In this document: positions 22,045 to 31,998 of the stretch, in pieces | Layout: each line of letters begins with the position of its first letter | How positions within the stretch are numbered: position 1 is the stretch's first letter | DNA from: a virus | DNA length: 43,189 nt | IMG/VR virus record: IMGVR_UViG_3300029174_000003 | Span: 1-43,189 of that record | Reading direction: 5' to 3' (one strand) | The notes under the pieces: model-generated | The model's database searches: none | Seen by the model: the letters and a program-made list of their open reading frames with translations, nothing else | Told to the model about the DNA's origin: nothing | Position numbers and translations under genes: made by a program

Positions 22045-24478
22045 AGAAGGTGATAACTAAACCATCTAGCGAGATCTGCGTAGATGCAGGGTTGTTATGA
22101 ACAGCTACTGTACCATCCGTGTTAACCACAGTAGGAATACTGCCAGTGTTACCCCACTGAATAAAGTAGCGTGGGGTAGTCGCTGGACGAATACCTTCAG
22201 GAATAGTAAATATAGTGCCAGTAAGCGCAGCTGCCGCTTCTAACTTACCACGTAATTCTACACCTTCCTTAGTATAACGATACTGAGCTGTACCTGTTAC
22301 TCCTGCGGAGAATGTCGTGAATGACACCCAGTCAGTCGGTGATTTTACCACCGGACAAAGCTGAGCAGCAATACCACGGGCAATCTCATAGCCATACATG
22401 CGATATGCATATGCAGTAGGATGCATGTTATCACGGAGTATAGCATCTGCAAAGGTAGAGCTAAGATAACCAGGGTCTACGGGGCCCGTAAACGCTGTCA
22501 TATCAATTAACTGTAAACCAACATCTGCGGCAGTACGACCTATAGCTGCACGGATGTCACCACCTTTACTAGAGTTAGTAGTAGAACCACCACCGCCGCC
22601 TGCTGTATCAGTTTTCAGATACCACTGCGGAGGTATAACTAATACTACTGCACGGCCTTGAGACTTAAGCGTGTTTATCAAGTTAGTTAATGATGTCTGG
22701 AAGGCAGACAAAGAGTTGCCACCTTGGATATCATTAGTACCAATAAACACAGCTACAACCGAAGCATTAACAAACGGATTAGAAGCTAAGTTAGCAATCT
22801 GTTGGTCCAAGGTCTGACCTGAGATAGCTCTGTTTTCAACTGTGTTAATGCGTATGCCCAATGAACCGTCCAGAGCTTCTGCAGCCCAGATAGGCCATGC
22901 GCCGTGGACAGAACCATCAGAGATACTGTCACCAATGATGCCGAGCGTCTGAGAACGTACACCCACTGCAACCCGGAATGACTGCTTAAACCAGCCAGTA
23001 AAGTTTGCACCGCTAGTCGCCGAGATACTGGTAGAACCAACACCCATCCATTGAATAGCACCAGATGTAAGTTGGAAGTCCACTACAGTTACACCGTTAA
23101 CCATAAACTGTGCACGAATAGGACTAATACTACGAACAGTCAACAAGTTGTTACCTGCAGAATAAGTCGCAATATTAACTGGAGCAACCACGCCTTGTGT
23201 AGTAGAAGGTTGTCCAATATACTTAACGGTCAAAGACCAAGCTGTGGAACCAGGTTGACCACGTAGCACAGCGTAACCAGTATTAGCTATAATACCTACA
23301 GCGATTTCACCACCATTATCCGGGATGTTATTCACGCCAACCTTTAGCTCTGTACCAGGGATAGCCTGAATAACACCGAGCTGTGTGTTGCCGCCAGACG
23401 GAGGCTGCAAGAACAAAGAACTTGCTGAACGACCAGCAGGACTAACAGTAGTTACAGTGTCACCTACACCCAGTGTAAACTGTTTAACAGGGATAGCACT
23501 GGCCATAACAGCTAACGGTTGATTATCAGGGATATCTAAAGTATTAAGCCATAAAGACTTATTAGCTCCCTTACTACCAATGTGATAGTTAGCACGAATA
23601 TCAACGTAGTAATCTTTAGGGTCGCCACCGTTAAAGTACACTCTGTAGTCATTGTCTGTTACAATGCTGGACACTGCCATGCCTGGAGTAGCAGGGCCGA
23701 TAATTGTAACACCGTTATCTGGTCTTACAACAATACCTGAGAAGTCAGGAAAGCCAGTAGGGAAGTTGTAGTTACCAGTGCTATTTCTAGGCAAGTAAAC
23801 AGAACCGCCAAGACCCGCAGCAGCCTTAGCTAAGTTAAAGGCAGCAAGGTTATCCAGTACAGACTCACCACCACCGAAGTCAGTAATCTTAACTTCTGTC
23901 GCTAGGCGAGCACCAACAGTAGTCTGGCGGAACCCGGACAAATAAGAGCCAGTGCTCAGACTTAAGTCATTGCGCAGACTTGCATCGCCTTTATTTACCC
24001 ATGCACCAGGACCAATACCGCCTGTAGATGCAGGAGTAGAGCCTGCAGGTACTACCTTAGGCAGTACGCCTTCCCACTGGTAATAGTCACCAGATGATTC
24101 TAGCAATAACACATCATTAGCATACGTGAGAGTATTACCAGCTTCAAATGAAACTAAGCGGTTGTAAGACGATGGGTCAGCATTGCCCAGCCTTATAACT
24201 TCCCATACACCAATGCCATCATAAGAACTAATGCCTGTAGCACCAGCTCTGGTAGTGTACTGATAGTAAGTTGTAAGTAAGTCTTTAACCACGACGCCAA
24301 GGGTGAACTTACTTGGGTCTAAGTTAGCTAATGCATTCTCAGTTGACACTGGCACAAACAAGTGCAGTCTATGGATGTCGACAACTGTGCCAGCACGGTT
24401 TTGCTGAGTTGTACCTACACCTATTGACATGTCTTCCATACCAGCTAAGCTTTTAGTAACTACTTTAGTATCTGCCAT
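22043..24478 (-). CDS. Tailspike/tail fibre with an embedded SGNH (GDSL) esterase domain (811 aa)
   Basis: The track start is TTG 24508. The ATG at 24478 has GGAG 7 nt upstream. SGNH block I is IIGDSISDGS, block III is VFIGTNDIQGG and block V is DNMHPT. Confidence 0.85.
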   Translation of the reverse strand: MADTKVVTKSLAGMEDMSIGVGTTQQNRAGTVVDIHRLHLFVPVSTENALANLDPSKFTLGVVVKDLLTTYYQYTTRAGATGISSYDGIGVWEVIRLGNADPSSYNRLVSFEAGNTLTYANDVLLLESSGDYYQWEGVLPKVVPAGSTPASTGGIGPGAWVNKGDASLRNDLSLSTGSYLSGFRQTTVGARLATEVKITDFGGGESVLDNLAAFNLAKAAAGLGGSVYLPRNSTGNYNFPTGFPDFSGIVVRPDNGVTIIGPATPGMAVSSIVTDNDYRVYFNGGDPKDYYVDIRANYHIGSKGANKSLWLNTLDIPDNQPLAVMASAIPVKQFTLGVGDTVTTVSPAGRSASSLFLQPPSGGNTQLGVIQAIPGTELKVGVNNIPDNGGEIAVGIIANTGYAVLRGQPGSTAWSLTVKYIGQPSTTQGVVAPVNIATYSAGNNLLTVRSISPIRAQFMVNGVTVVDFQLTSGAIQWMGVGSTSISATSGANFTGWFKQSFRVAVGVRSQTLGIIGDSISDGSVHGAWPIWAAEALDGSLGIRINTVENRAISGQTLDQQIANLASNPFVNASVVAVFIGTNDIQGGNSLSAFQTSLTNLINTLKSQGRAVVLVIPPQWYLKTDTAGGGGGSTTNSSKGGDIRAAIGRTAADVGLQLIDMTAFTGPVDPGYLSSTFADAILRDNMHPTAYAYRMYGYEIARGIAAQLCPVVKSPTDWVSFTTFSAGVTGTAQYRYTKEGVELRGKLEAAAALTGTIFTIPEGIRPATTPRYFIQWGNTGSIPTVVNTDGTVAVHNNPASTQISLDGLVITF

Positions 24479-24479
24479 T

Positions 24480-24563
24480 CTACGCTCCAATAATTTTGTA
24501 ACAGTCAATGATGTATAGGCCTAATAAGAGACCAACTAATAAACCGTATTTGAAGTTGCTCAT
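24480..24563 (-). CDS. Possible micro-ORF encoding a 27-aa hydrophobic peptide
   Basis: ATGA overlap with the upstream stop. Its TAG lies 1 nt before the tailspike ATG. Translation is MSNFKYGLLVGLLLGLYIIDCYKIIGA. The only evidence is the coupling geometry. Confidence 0.25.
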   Translation of the reverse strand: MSNFKYGLLVGLLLGLYIIDCYKIIGA

Positions 24564-24760
24564 AAGAATTTACCTATTAGCTTTTCAAGCCCTACTTCTT
24601 TAAGTATCAGCCCTACGCCAATACCTACGCCTAAATGCCAGAAGCGGAGTATGTCGCGAGCTAACCGCTGTATCATACCCTCTTGCTTCTCCTGCTCTTC
24701 TTCAACTTTGTCTATACGCTTATTGACACGCTCAAACTCTTTCTCGGTATCACGTTCCAT
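24560..24760 (-). CDS. Small coiled-coil protein with a C-terminal hydrophobic segment (66 aa)
   Basis: Track ORF with TAATG coupling to the 1015-aa gene. Confidence 0.55.
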   Translation of the reverse strand: MERDTEKEFERVNKRIDKVEEEQEKQEGMIQRLARDILRFWHLGVGIGVGLILKEVGLEKLIGKFL

Positions 24761-27700
24761 TATTGGCCCTTTAGCACACGTACTCTGTCAGTACCTTGCT
24801 GAACGCCTTTGAAGCCATAAGAAGATAAAATACCATCCAACAATTTGGTATCTGTCGGATTAACCCCCTCTGCTGTCGCAATACGTGCAGCTTCGTTTAT
24901 AGAGGCGATACGGTGTAAGGGAATCGTTTGCTCAGCTCCACTGCCTGCCTTGGTGCTAAGTACCGAGCCATTACCATAAAGCTTAACTCTAGGCATTGTA
25001 ACATCTTTGCCTTGAGCTGCAGCTCGTGCAGACTCTTGTTGCAACTTAAGAATTGAAGGTTGCACATCAACCTTACCAGCAGTTTCCTCCATTAGTTCAC
25101 GCATAGACTTAGCGTTAAGTGGATTTTCAAGAAGCTTTGATGTCTTACGCACAAGGGCCAGAGTAGTCTGGTCTTTGTTAGGTAAAAGAGTTTTAACATA
25201 ATTGAACATCTTGGACGCAATCTCGTATTTAGCACGCACTATTGGGTCTGCTGTTAAATAACTCTGAAACTTAGGAATCTGAATAGACCCAGTAATCTGA
25301 GACAGTGGCACGTCATTTTTAAACACATCAGCTAATTCATTTATCGCAGCTTTCATCTGACGAGCTTGTGGCGTAGTCATTGTTACAGACTCAAGTTCTT
25401 TAGCTAATAATGGGAAGTTAGTAGCACGAAGACCTTCACCAACACCAGCAGTGTACTTATTAGCTAAAGTATCGACCACGGAGTTTTCTACCCGTTGACG
25501 CATAGCCATTGGAAGCTTAGTCATCAGGTCATTGAATGTACCATCAAGAGCTGGAATATAACGAGCTAAGTTACGCGTCACATCAGCTTCATTGATACCA
25601 GGTTTATTAAGAGCTTTATACATCACATTCTCTTCAACCTGTTTCATTTTGGCGTAGTCAAGACGAGCCTGACCATAACTTTTAAGCCACTCATCAGGTT
25701 TATCTAAAGCAAAATGCGCACCACGAGTAATCTCTTGGTCAATGTTCTTTATAATGCCATTCAGCGCATCAAAGTCTGCAGTCTTAGTAATCTTCTTGTT
25801 GAACTTAAACTCGTTAACTAACTGTCTCAGCTCAAGTAAGTCAGTAAAAGTCCTGCTATCAGACATATCACGTATGTGCTGTGCCTGAAGAGAGTAGCGT
25901 TCAAGAACCGCGGGGTCCATGATATTTTTCTGCAGCTTATCAATAATAGGCTGGATAGCCAACTTATCATAATCAAAGCGGAAGTTACTGCTACGAGGTG
26001 ACTGAGCGGCAACTCGCTTAACCTCAGCATATTGGTTTTTAACATCAGCGACATAGTTACCTAAGTCCTCACGAAGAATCTTACCTAAGTTTTCACCAGA
26101 TGCTTCGTTAGTTACACGAAGCAAGTCTTTAGCACGGTCGTCGATAGCTTGTGCCACAGCGCGACCAACTTTTGGGTCAACAGAAGCTGCAGCTTTAACA
26201 AGACCCTCTGTACCAGGCTTTGTTAAGTTAGCCGCAATAATAGCTCGTTCTTCAAAGGACTTGGCAGCGACGTCAAGGCCAGCACCTGGAGCTGATATGC
26301 GTTGTAATTGGTTAACTAATTGTGCAGCCTGGTCGTCAGACATAAACTCAACGTCTTTAAGCGCTTTATAAGCACCAGCTGTGTTACCATCCAGTACGAA
26401 GTCTTTAACACGCTTCATAACCTTCATGGTTGCACCGCCGCCCTTAACAACACCAAGACCAACAACATCACCAATGACAGACATTTCTGCGGCCGTAAGA
26501 GCCTTATGGGCCATCACAGAGCCTTCCATATCTTCCTGAAGTTTAATGGCCTCATACATATAATCGAACTGAGAACCTACAGCAGCGCCTACAGCAGCGC
26601 CACCCAGAGAACCAACAACACCACCAATGCCAGTACCCCAGGGCCCAAAAGCACTGCCAGCAGTAGCACCACCTTTAGCACCAAGTATAGCACCAGCAAC
26701 ACCGCCAGTAATCTCACCTTTAGTACTCCAAATGTCAGACCAGATACTTTCATTAATTGGCACCTGACCATTAGCTGTATTAGCTAAGAAAGACCCAGTA
26801 GTATCATCCCATTCAAGTTCTAAACCGCGGTCAGCAGCCATCTTGATGATTTTAGAGCGGCTAGCCATTAGGCCAGCTTCAGACTTACGTGCAGCTTCTT
26901 CGTTACCAAAGAAGCCAGCTGTGCGAGTAGACATGGAAGCCATGTTAGGTGCTAGCACTTTCATGCTAGTTAACAAGTCTTCTGCAGACATCTCATTCTC
27001 AGAAGTCAGGCGGTCATACATTGCACTCTTAATATCAATGTTAACACCAGGAGTCATACCAGCAGGCAGATTAGGTTGTTGGCCAGCACTATGCGCCGCA
27101 ACTAAACCTCTGCCCATTGCTGATGCTGCCCACTGACCTGCTGGGTCTTCTTCCTTAGTGCTCTCCAGCGGTTGCTTCTTAACTTCATTAACTTTAGTTT
27201 GCTTAGTCTTAAGGAACCCTTCAATCTCTTCATCGCCATAACCTGCATCACGAGCGCTAATGATATTGTTAGACTGCGCGACAATGTTAGCTACTTGAGC
27301 TTCATCATAGCCTTGTTTAGATAAGAACTCGGTAACCTCAGCTGGTTTGTAACCCTGTTTAATAGCATCAGCTGTTTTAAACGAAGCATCAACAGGGTTG
27401 AGAGCTGTTGTTGTGCCAGGTACCATAACAGCGTAACGTTGCCCTTCTTGTTCTATCTCACCATATGCCGCACCATTATTTTGTGCTACACGACGAAATT
27501 GAACAGCTTGAGTATCATCGGCAATAGGTGTAACTAATTGAGTACGACCTGAGTTTTCCATATCCTTTAGCTCAGACTCAATACCAGTATTAATATAGTC
27601 AGGCAAGTTAGCTAACTCATCTTCGCCAATGTTAACAGACATATCAGTAATGACACGACTCTTAACACCTTGGAATTCCTGGTCTTCGGAGTTCAGGTTC

Positions 27701-27807
27701 ATAGTGCCAGGACCACTGTTATAATCAATGGTCTTCTGAGTTGCTGTTGGATTTGGGCCATCAGTCCTTGTAAACAACCATGACGGATTAAACTTTTTTT
27801 CAGCCAT
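24760..27807 (-). CDS. Large internal virion/ejection-type protein (1015 aa)
   Basis: The call rests on size, its position next to the portal, and a Gly/Ala-rich hydrophobic segment (GGVAGAILGAKGGATAGSAFGPWGTGIGGVVGSLGGAAVGAAVGS). I saw no catalytic motif. Confidence 0.6.
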   Translation of the reverse strand: MAEKKFNPSWLFTRTDGPNPTATQKTIDYNSGPGTMNLNSEDQEFQGVKSRVITDMSVNIGEDELANLPDYINTGIESELKDMENSGRTQLVTPIADDTQAVQFRRVAQNNGAAYGEIEQEGQRYAVMVPGTTTALNPVDASFKTADAIKQGYKPAEVTEFLSKQGYDEAQVANIVAQSNNIISARDAGYGDEEIEGFLKTKQTKVNEVKKQPLESTKEEDPAGQWAASAMGRGLVAAHSAGQQPNLPAGMTPGVNIDIKSAMYDRLTSENEMSAEDLLTSMKVLAPNMASMSTRTAGFFGNEEAARKSEAGLMASRSKIIKMAADRGLELEWDDTTGSFLANTANGQVPINESIWSDIWSTKGEITGGVAGAILGAKGGATAGSAFGPWGTGIGGVVGSLGGAAVGAAVGSQFDYMYEAIKLQEDMEGSVMAHKALTAAEMSVIGDVVGLGVVKGGGATMKVMKRVKDFVLDGNTAGAYKALKDVEFMSDDQAAQLVNQLQRISAPGAGLDVAAKSFEERAIIAANLTKPGTEGLVKAAASVDPKVGRAVAQAIDDRAKDLLRVTNEASGENLGKILREDLGNYVADVKNQYAEVKRVAAQSPRSSNFRFDYDKLAIQPIIDKLQKNIMDPAVLERYSLQAQHIRDMSDSRTFTDLLELRQLVNEFKFNKKITKTADFDALNGIIKNIDQEITRGAHFALDKPDEWLKSYGQARLDYAKMKQVEENVMYKALNKPGINEADVTRNLARYIPALDGTFNDLMTKLPMAMRQRVENSVVDTLANKYTAGVGEGLRATNFPLLAKELESVTMTTPQARQMKAAINELADVFKNDVPLSQITGSIQIPKFQSYLTADPIVRAKYEIASKMFNYVKTLLPNKDQTTLALVRKTSKLLENPLNAKSMRELMEETAGKVDVQPSILKLQQESARAAAQGKDVTMPRVKLYGNGSVLSTKAGSGAEQTIPLHRIASINEAARIATAEGVNPTDTKLLDGILSSYGFKGVQQGTDRVRVLKGQ

Positions 27808-29657
27808 TATAATTCACCTTGTTGACCCGGAGTAGGGATACCTAAAGTTTCGCTCTGTGGTTGTGAAGCAAAACCTTGTTGTGTACCTTGGTTAGCTTGA
27901 GCAATCTGCTGGTTCATAGCAGGGTTTCCACCAAGCATCATAGCTGTTTGATTCAGTGCATCAGCAATCTCAGGAGAGTAGCGTGACTTCATATTACGAA
28001 TGCTAAGACTTGCCATTTTAAAGAATCCCGCAGGGTTAACCTGCATCATCATCTGACCAATAGCACCAGACATTACTGTCTCTACTAACAACTGACTACG
28101 CTCATCATCGTCGTTATAAGCAGAAGAGTCAATACGGATTTCAAACTTAGTGAATTCAAAGTCTGATTCTTCCGTAGCAACAGGAGCTAATACAATATTG
28201 CCATTTTCATCTTCTACAAAATCGCCATTAGCTGGGTTAGTCTCAGGTAACAGTACAGGCCTTTGCTGAGGCAAGCCAGTCATTGGGTCAATCTGACCTG
28301 TGAACTCCATAATAGGTTGGTTCAGTTCTACCCAACGGTCTCCAGTCAATTCATCAGTAATACTTAGCACCTGATGAGCTTTATAATACTGCTGACTTAG
28401 TTTGGCAACATCATAAGCAAGCAATTCATAAAATGACTCAATACGGGCTGTGATGTAACGGAGAGACATAATAGTTGCGTTCTGTTGCAACTTAACTTTT
28501 CGTCCAGAGTCTGATGCAAAGGCCATCCCCAAAAAACTGTCATTAATGCCTAGCACCTGTTTGATACGGCTAAGAGCCTGGTCAATAATAAGGTATTGCT
28601 GCTGCACATCAATAGATGACTGCTTATCCTGAATACCACCTAACTTCAATACAGGTATAACTCCTGTAACTCTGTTATAGGCAGTTTCAAAGTCAGCTAA
28701 ATTGTCTACTGCACCATCTTCAACAAAGCATTTATTACTATTAACTAATAGTTGAATCTTCAGTACAGCCTGGTTAAGGGCGTGCTGAGATTGTATAACT
28801 TCACGGAATATACCATAGTACTCAGTTTTATCTGAGCTATGAATACGTTCAACACGGTAAGGCCAACGCACTTCTTTAAACGTGATTTCTTCTTTCTTAA
28901 GAATTACTTCGTCATTCCAGAAAATAGACCAACGTTTACCATCTTCGTCATCCATTACCGTGTGCACAACTAAGTAGTTATCATGCACACGATACTTGCC
29001 TACGAAACGGTCTTTATACATCCACTCGAAGTCAGCTTCTTTGGCTTCTGTAAAGTTATAGTATTCTTCAAGTTTAGCTGTGATCTCTTTGCCAAAGAGC
29101 TTTTCCATAGCTTCTTTTGGCATCCACTTATAACGATGTAAGTAGCGGCCATCAGAATAGTCATCTGCACGACTCATTGGGTCAAGCAATACTTCTGAGT
29201 CAGGTACATGACTAACTATGATACGGTTAATGGTGCGGCCAAACTCATCTTTTTCTTCTGTCGGTACTACATCAACAAAACTAACTAATAGTCCTGATAC
29301 CATGGCACTTAGCTTAATCTTGTCACCTTCAACTGTGTTAATGCGGTTATCATTGAAAGTATAGTCAATGATATCGTTAAGCACACAAGCAGTAGTAACA
29401 TCACGAGGCCAACGAGGTTTAACAACAGCAGTATTAACTACTGTTGAATAATAACCAACTAACATGCGTGCAAACATCTTAATGACGTTAAATGTTTCTG
29501 CTGGCTGCCCGCGATTAGCTAATACATGAAGCTGGTCACGAGTGTAGTGTCTGTTATGATACAGATTCCACACTTCATCAGCTTCATTGCGTGACTCTTC
29601 AAAAGCCTCATAGCTAATTTTAAATGTATCTTGCAGGTCTTCAATAACAGGTTTCAT
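27807..29657 (-). CDS. Portal protein (616 aa)
   Basis: The call rests on size, and on the N-terminal pattern NLYHNRHYTRDQLHVLANRGQPAETFNVIKMFARMLVGYY, which is typical of podovirus portals. The tail is acidic and Gln-rich. Confidence 0.7.
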   Translation of the reverse strand: MKPVIEDLQDTFKISYEAFEESRNEADEVWNLYHNRHYTRDQLHVLANRGQPAETFNVIKMFARMLVGYYSTVVNTAVVKPRWPRDVTTACVLNDIIDYTFNDNRINTVEGDKIKLSAMVSGLLVSFVDVVPTEEKDEFGRTINRIIVSHVPDSEVLLDPMSRADDYSDGRYLHRYKWMPKEAMEKLFGKEITAKLEEYYNFTEAKEADFEWMYKDRFVGKYRVHDNYLVVHTVMDDEDGKRWSIFWNDEVILKKEEITFKEVRWPYRVERIHSSDKTEYYGIFREVIQSQHALNQAVLKIQLLVNSNKCFVEDGAVDNLADFETAYNRVTGVIPVLKLGGIQDKQSSIDVQQQYLIIDQALSRIKQVLGINDSFLGMAFASDSGRKVKLQQNATIMSLRYITARIESFYELLAYDVAKLSQQYYKAHQVLSITDELTGDRWVELNQPIMEFTGQIDPMTGLPQQRPVLLPETNPANGDFVEDENGNIVLAPVATEESDFEFTKFEIRIDSSAYNDDDERSQLLVETVMSGAIGQMMMQVNPAGFFKMASLSIRNMKSRYSPEIADALNQTAMMLGGNPAMNQQIAQANQGTQQGFASQPQSETLGIPTPGQQGEL

Positions 29658-31396
29658 TGCTGACCTCCAAAGATAGCATCGAGTGATGGGCGCTCGCCAG
29701 ACACAGATGCAGCAGGCGCGCCATTAGCATTCGGCGTAACGCGCACTTTGATACCACTATTAGTTGCACCACCAGCAGGACCGCTTGTATTACCGCGACT
29801 TATGAGGTCAATGCGCTCATCAAGACCATTAACAATCTTATCAAGACCTTCTAATGTAGTGCCATAACGTACTTTAGCTACATACGGGTCACCTAAGTCA
29901 GCTGCAGCAGCAATGTCATCACGCATAAGCTGCAGCTGTTGCTTCATTGAAGCTAATACAGGACCAGTCTGTTCGCCTAAGCTTGCTACCGCTTTATTAA
30001 ATGCTTTATAGTCAGCAGATGATACTTGACTACCGAACAAAGCATTACGGCCCAGTGCACGCAAGTTCTCATACGCAATAGTGCCATCTTTACCTGGTAC
30101 ATTATTAGATACATAGCTTTTAACCTGACGCAGAGTAGAGTCAATAAGACCAGTCTGATCATCAGTAAGTTTAGTAGCAGCCGTACCAGCTGTGTTAATT
30201 AGTTTACGAATAGCTCGGGCATTCTTCTTCTCTTCTGCGGATAATTCAAGACCACCAACTTGCTCTATGCGATTAATGTTTTTATTAACTACACGAGTCT
30301 GCTCTGGTGTCAGATTGTTAAGGTCAGCATTAAGGAAGTCACCGCCAAATGCCTCATCAAGCTCTGTAGCAGCTTGTTCAGCGTATTCAATGTTCTTCTG
30401 CGGAGCTGTGCGCTTGTCTTTACCAGTAGTACGATAAGCAGCTAAAGCTTCTTCATACGTGGCATCAGGATTATTAGCCTGATAGTCCTGAATAAAACGA
30501 CTTTCATTAGTGCCGCCACCTTGACCACCACGCTGACGTGAGGTCAGTGCAACAGCTTGCTGAAGAGAATCACGAAGAGTCATCTCCGGGTCAGCTTGGC
30601 GAAGTTGAGCAGCAATACGTTCAATAGCAGAACCACCGCCGCCACTTGATGCTCGTGCAGTTTTAGGCACATAGTCAAGTCCAGCTACTGGGTCTGGCTG
30701 AAGCATCTTATACACGTCTGCACGACTCATACCGGTGGCTTCAGCTACTTGACCTACAATGGCAGAGTCAGCTTGAATACCGCGAAGGTTAGCGCCTTGG
30801 CGCAATTGACCAATAACAGCAGCATTTTTAGTTAAATCTTGTAACTGTTTATCTGTTACTTGTTGCGCATAGCCAGTAACAGCATACATGCGGTTCATAT
30901 CAACTAACTGTTGACCACCATTTGCCATAGTACCTACAACAAAGTTCTTTGTAAGATTGGGGTCAGAGAAGAATCCATCAATATCAGTAATGCCAGCAGC
31001 ACGAACTAATTTTTCTGTTTCTGGCGTACGAGATAAACGGTCCATACGAGCCATGTCAGAAGTCAAGTTCTTTGCTACCGGGTTAGACTTAGACTGTTCA
31101 AGCCACTGATTCAAATGCTTAGGGTCACCATCAGCATTGTAGCGTGTGAAAGAGTCATAAGTCTGCTGCTTAGCTAATGCAGAGTTGGTTTGATAGAGCT
31201 GTGCTGTAAGAGCTGCAACTTCAGTATCGCGAGCAGCATCACGCACAGGCGCATCCTGCTGATATGTCTGCAGTTGTTCCTCTGACATCTTAGCTCTGGC
31301 TTGTGCTTCACGCAATCGTGCAGTGCGGAAAGGCGCTTGTTCAGCTCCTGTCGCAAGTCCTGCACCAAAGCTTGCCATAGTCAACGGGTCAGCCAT
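29654..31396 (-). CDS. Virion-associated protein (580 aa), function unknown
   Basis: Track ORF, translationally coupled on both sides within the structural operon. Confidence 0.7.
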   Translation of the reverse strand: MADPLTMASFGAGLATGAEQAPFRTARLREAQARAKMSEEQLQTYQQDAPVRDAARDTEVAALTAQLYQTNSALAKQQTYDSFTRYNADGDPKHLNQWLEQSKSNPVAKNLTSDMARMDRLSRTPETEKLVRAAGITDIDGFFSDPNLTKNFVVGTMANGGQQLVDMNRMYAVTGYAQQVTDKQLQDLTKNAAVIGQLRQGANLRGIQADSAIVGQVAEATGMSRADVYKMLQPDPVAGLDYVPKTARASSGGGGSAIERIAAQLRQADPEMTLRDSLQQAVALTSRQRGGQGGGTNESRFIQDYQANNPDATYEEALAAYRTTGKDKRTAPQKNIEYAEQAATELDEAFGGDFLNADLNNLTPEQTRVVNKNINRIEQVGGLELSAEEKKNARAIRKLINTAGTAATKLTDDQTGLIDSTLRQVKSYVSNNVPGKDGTIAYENLRALGRNALFGSQVSSADYKAFNKAVASLGEQTGPVLASMKQQLQLMRDDIAAAADLGDPYVAKVRYGTTLEGLDKIVNGLDERIDLISRGNTSGPAGGATNSGIKVRVTPNANGAPAASVSGERPSLDAIFGGQQ

Positions 31397-31998
31397 TATT
31401 TACTATCTCCAAAGTAAGAGCTCAAGCCAGTTTCTACCAATGAACCTACAGACTGTGCAGCGGAATTCCAGGCTTGGCCAGACGCAGAAGCAGCAGTGTT
31501 AGCTCGTTGACGAGCGCCAGCAGCTTGGTCGGACAAGGTCTTAGAAACGCTTGGAGCCGGGTTCGCATTCATACCTACAGCTAAGAAATTCATCTTATCT
31601 GTAGCAACCTGCTGAGGCGCTTGACGACGAATTTGAGCCCTTGTAGTAGCAGCACCCAAGTCAGCCTCAGAACGAATCTGTGAAGCAATGCCACTGTCAG
31701 AGATACCGCGCTGAGCTAAAGAAGTTTCAATTTGGTCCATAGCGCTATTACGCTCTAGTTCAAAAGCTTCAAGACCCAGAGTCTCATAATAGTCTGGAGT
31801 CAAACTAGAATAGTACGAAGACAAGTTATCTTGTACTGGACCATATACGCTTTTCCAGTCATCATACTGTTTCTGGTTAAACTCTAAAGTAGCTTTGTCA
31901 GCAGAAGACGCAGACTTAGACGCTTTTTTAGAAGCATTGCTGCTTATTAAGCTACCAGCAACAGATGCACCTGCTACAGCTACTGCACCCCAAGACAT
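31396..31998 (-). CDS. Virion-module protein, paralog 2 (200 aa)
   Basis: GAGGAGG SD. It is collinear and highly similar to the 32474..33079 product (shared YDDWK.VYGPVQDNLSSYYS.L.PDYYETLGLE.FELERNSAMDQ and LVETGLSSYFGD). Confidence 0.8.
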   Translation of the reverse strand: MSWGAVAVAGASVAGSLISSNASKKASKSASSADKATLEFNQKQYDDWKSVYGPVQDNLSSYYSSLTPDYYETLGLEAFELERNSAMDQIETSLAQRGISDSGIASQIRSEADLGAATTRAQIRRQAPQQVATDKMNFLAVGMNANPAPSVSKTLSDQAAGARQRANTAASASGQAWNSAAQSVGSLVETGLSSYFGDSK

